This document shows, piece by piece, positions 30,940 to 32,000 of a stretch of 32,000 nt of DNA. The notes beneath the pieces were generated by a model. That model had not been told where the DNA came from, did not search any database, and saw only the letters and a list, made by a program, of their open reading frames with translations. The stretch is from Thermofilum pendens Hrk 5 (lineage in GTDB: Archaea > Thermoproteota > Thermoprotei > Thermofilales > Thermofilaceae): positions 780,001 through 812,000 of the forward strand of contig NC_008698.1 in assembly GCF_000015225.1 (NCBI RefSeq), given 5' to 3'. Position numbers and translations under genes: made by a program. The stretch's first letter is position 1. Each line of letters starts with the position of its first letter.

Positions 30940-32000
30940 CTACACGAGAGGCTTGCCGTACCTCTCGGGGCTTCTGCCCGCGATCCTCAGCGATAGTACC
31001 TCGCCGAGAACCTGGGAGGCTTTCCGCCTCGAGAGTATCCTGTTGTTGTTGCCGCAGTAAGGAGAGAAAATGCACTTGGGGCATCCATCCTCGCAGGTGC
31101 ACCTCGAGACTATGTCGAACGCCTTGTGCAGAGCTTCTTTGAGCCTCTCCAAGAGTTGCTTCGTTACGCCCGACCCTCCCGGGAAGGCGTCGTAGATGTA
31201 TATGTGGCCGGAGGGGAAGCTGATGCCACCCATGTCTGTCGGCGCAGCGCCTACGACGAGCTGCCCCGCGTAGATCAGGGCGTGTTCTACTGCGTGGAAG
31301 GCTTCCGCGTTTTGAAGCTCGCTCCACTGGGGGTTAGGCTGCATCTCCAGGAGCAACCCCTTCGTCTTGAACCTGTAGGTGAGCTCCTCCTCGAGTATCT
31401 TCTGCGAAATGACGTGGCCCTCTGGGAAGCTCTTCGTGACGTAGCCGTAGACGTGATCCGCAACCTCGAGCTCCAGGTAGGAGACGCGTATCCCGAAAAC
31501 GCTCCTCTCGTCGAGGACCTCATTCTCGAACGGCCAGGTGTAGTATAGCGGCGAGGTCGTCACGGGTATCGTGGACGTCGGTAGAAGCTTGACCCTCGCC
31601 TTCCTACCTTCTATGCCCAGGGAGATGTAGGGAGTTCCCCCATGGATATAGATAGCTCCCGGGTAGAGCTCCTTTATCGCCTGGGGCATCTCCCGGAACC
31701 CGATGACCTTGCCTGTATCCGTTACTATCTTCACCTGCTCCCCTATACCCCTGATGTTGTCGCGGGACGCCAGGAACCTTAACCCCCTGCTTGTCGGCTC
31801 GACGAACCCTCCCGGGGCTAGCCTCAGCAACCCCTCTTCTAGTAGCTTCTCGCATACTCTGCGCTCAGCCCCGCCTAGGCTGTCCAGCCTGAACGGCGCA
31901 TCCTGAGCCATAGCCACCAGGTGTACGCGCATAACTTCCTCGTTTAGGGGATCGAGGAACACCGGGTCCGGCTTTTGGTTGAAAAACTCCGCGGGGTTTC
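30940..32000 (-). CDS. C-terminal part of a DEAD/DEAH-box helicase carrying a DUF1998 (MrfA/YprA-type zinc-binding) domain; gene continues beyond the right edge
   Basis: The reading frame stays open upstream of the tracked start (31962) to position 32000 (...NPAEFFNQKPDPVFLDP...). The C-terminus has AFHAVEHALI, IYIYDAFPGGSGV and CTCEDGCPKCIFSPYCGNNN, which are DUF1998 hallmarks. Confidence 0.75.
   Translation of the reverse strand, partial: NPAEFFNQKPDPVFLDPLNEEVMRVHLVAMAQDAPFRLDSLGGAERRVCEKLLEEGLLRLAPGGFVEPTSRGLRFLASRDNIRGIGEQVKIVTDTGKVIGFREMPQAIKELYPGAIYIHGGTPYISLGIEGRKARVKLLPTSTIPVTTSPLYYTWPFENEVLDERSVFGIRVSYLELEVADHVYGYVTKSFPEGHVISQKILEEELTYRFKTKGLLLEMQPNPQWSELQNAEAFHAVEHALIYAGQLVVGAAPTDMGGISFPSGHIYIYDAFPGGSGVTKQLLERLKEALHKAFDIVSRCTCEDGCPKCIFSPYCGNNNRILSRRKASQVLGEVLSLRIAGRSPERYGKPLV

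Noticed and set aside
30878-31327. N-terminal 150-aa extension of the wHTH ORF (track 30533..31327)
   Set aside because: The extension is Arg-rich and low in complexity. It overlaps the 3' end of the DUF1998 helicase gene in another frame. The internal ATG 30877 has an AAGGTG SD and begins exactly at the HTH domain.
1-32000. Search for CRISPR arrays, integrases, transposases, IS ends and defence islands
   Set aside because: No regularly spaced direct repeats and no recombinase or transposase-like ORFs were seen. The only tandem repetition is the in-frame GA-rich duplication at 12403/12481.

Overview
This is a gene-dense, roughly 55-58% GC window that reads as a hyperthermophilic crenarchaeal chromosome. 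Three things support that. First genes of transcription units have short A/T-rich TATA-like boxes about 25-35 nt upstream of the start codon. Internal operon genes have GGAGG/GGTG Shine-Dalgarno motifs with GTGA/ATGA stop-start overlaps. There is also a tRNA with a non-canonical intron. I call 37 protein-coding genes (two truncated by the window edges, three absent from the ORF track) and one tRNA-Gly.

Most of the content is housekeeping: glutamate dehydrogenase, AsnRS, FeoAB, Taw1, NucS/EndoMS, a two-subunit 2-oxoacid:ferredoxin oxidoreductase, nicotinate phosphoribosyltransferase, plant-type asparaginase, a NfeD/stomatin pair and nucleotide-sugar enzymes. I found no CRISPR array, integrase, transposase, rRNA or recognisable defence system.

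The features most worth a second look are:
- a 56-codon hyper-acidic Trp/Phe-punctuated micro-ORF with an Arg/Gly-rich alternative frame;
- a four-gene wHTH / membrane coiled-coil / micro-protein / beta-helical bactofilin-like operon;
- an aldolase / cyclophilin-like / TIM-barrel operon placed head-to-head with an AEC-type transporter;
- a radical-SAM activase fused onto the end of feoAB;
- an MFS-DUF47 fusion transporter;
- a tRNA-Gly with a 20-nt variable-region intron and a readable bulge-helix-bulge motif.

All family assignments come from motif recognition by eye. No database search was possible, so functions of the less conserved genes are provisional.
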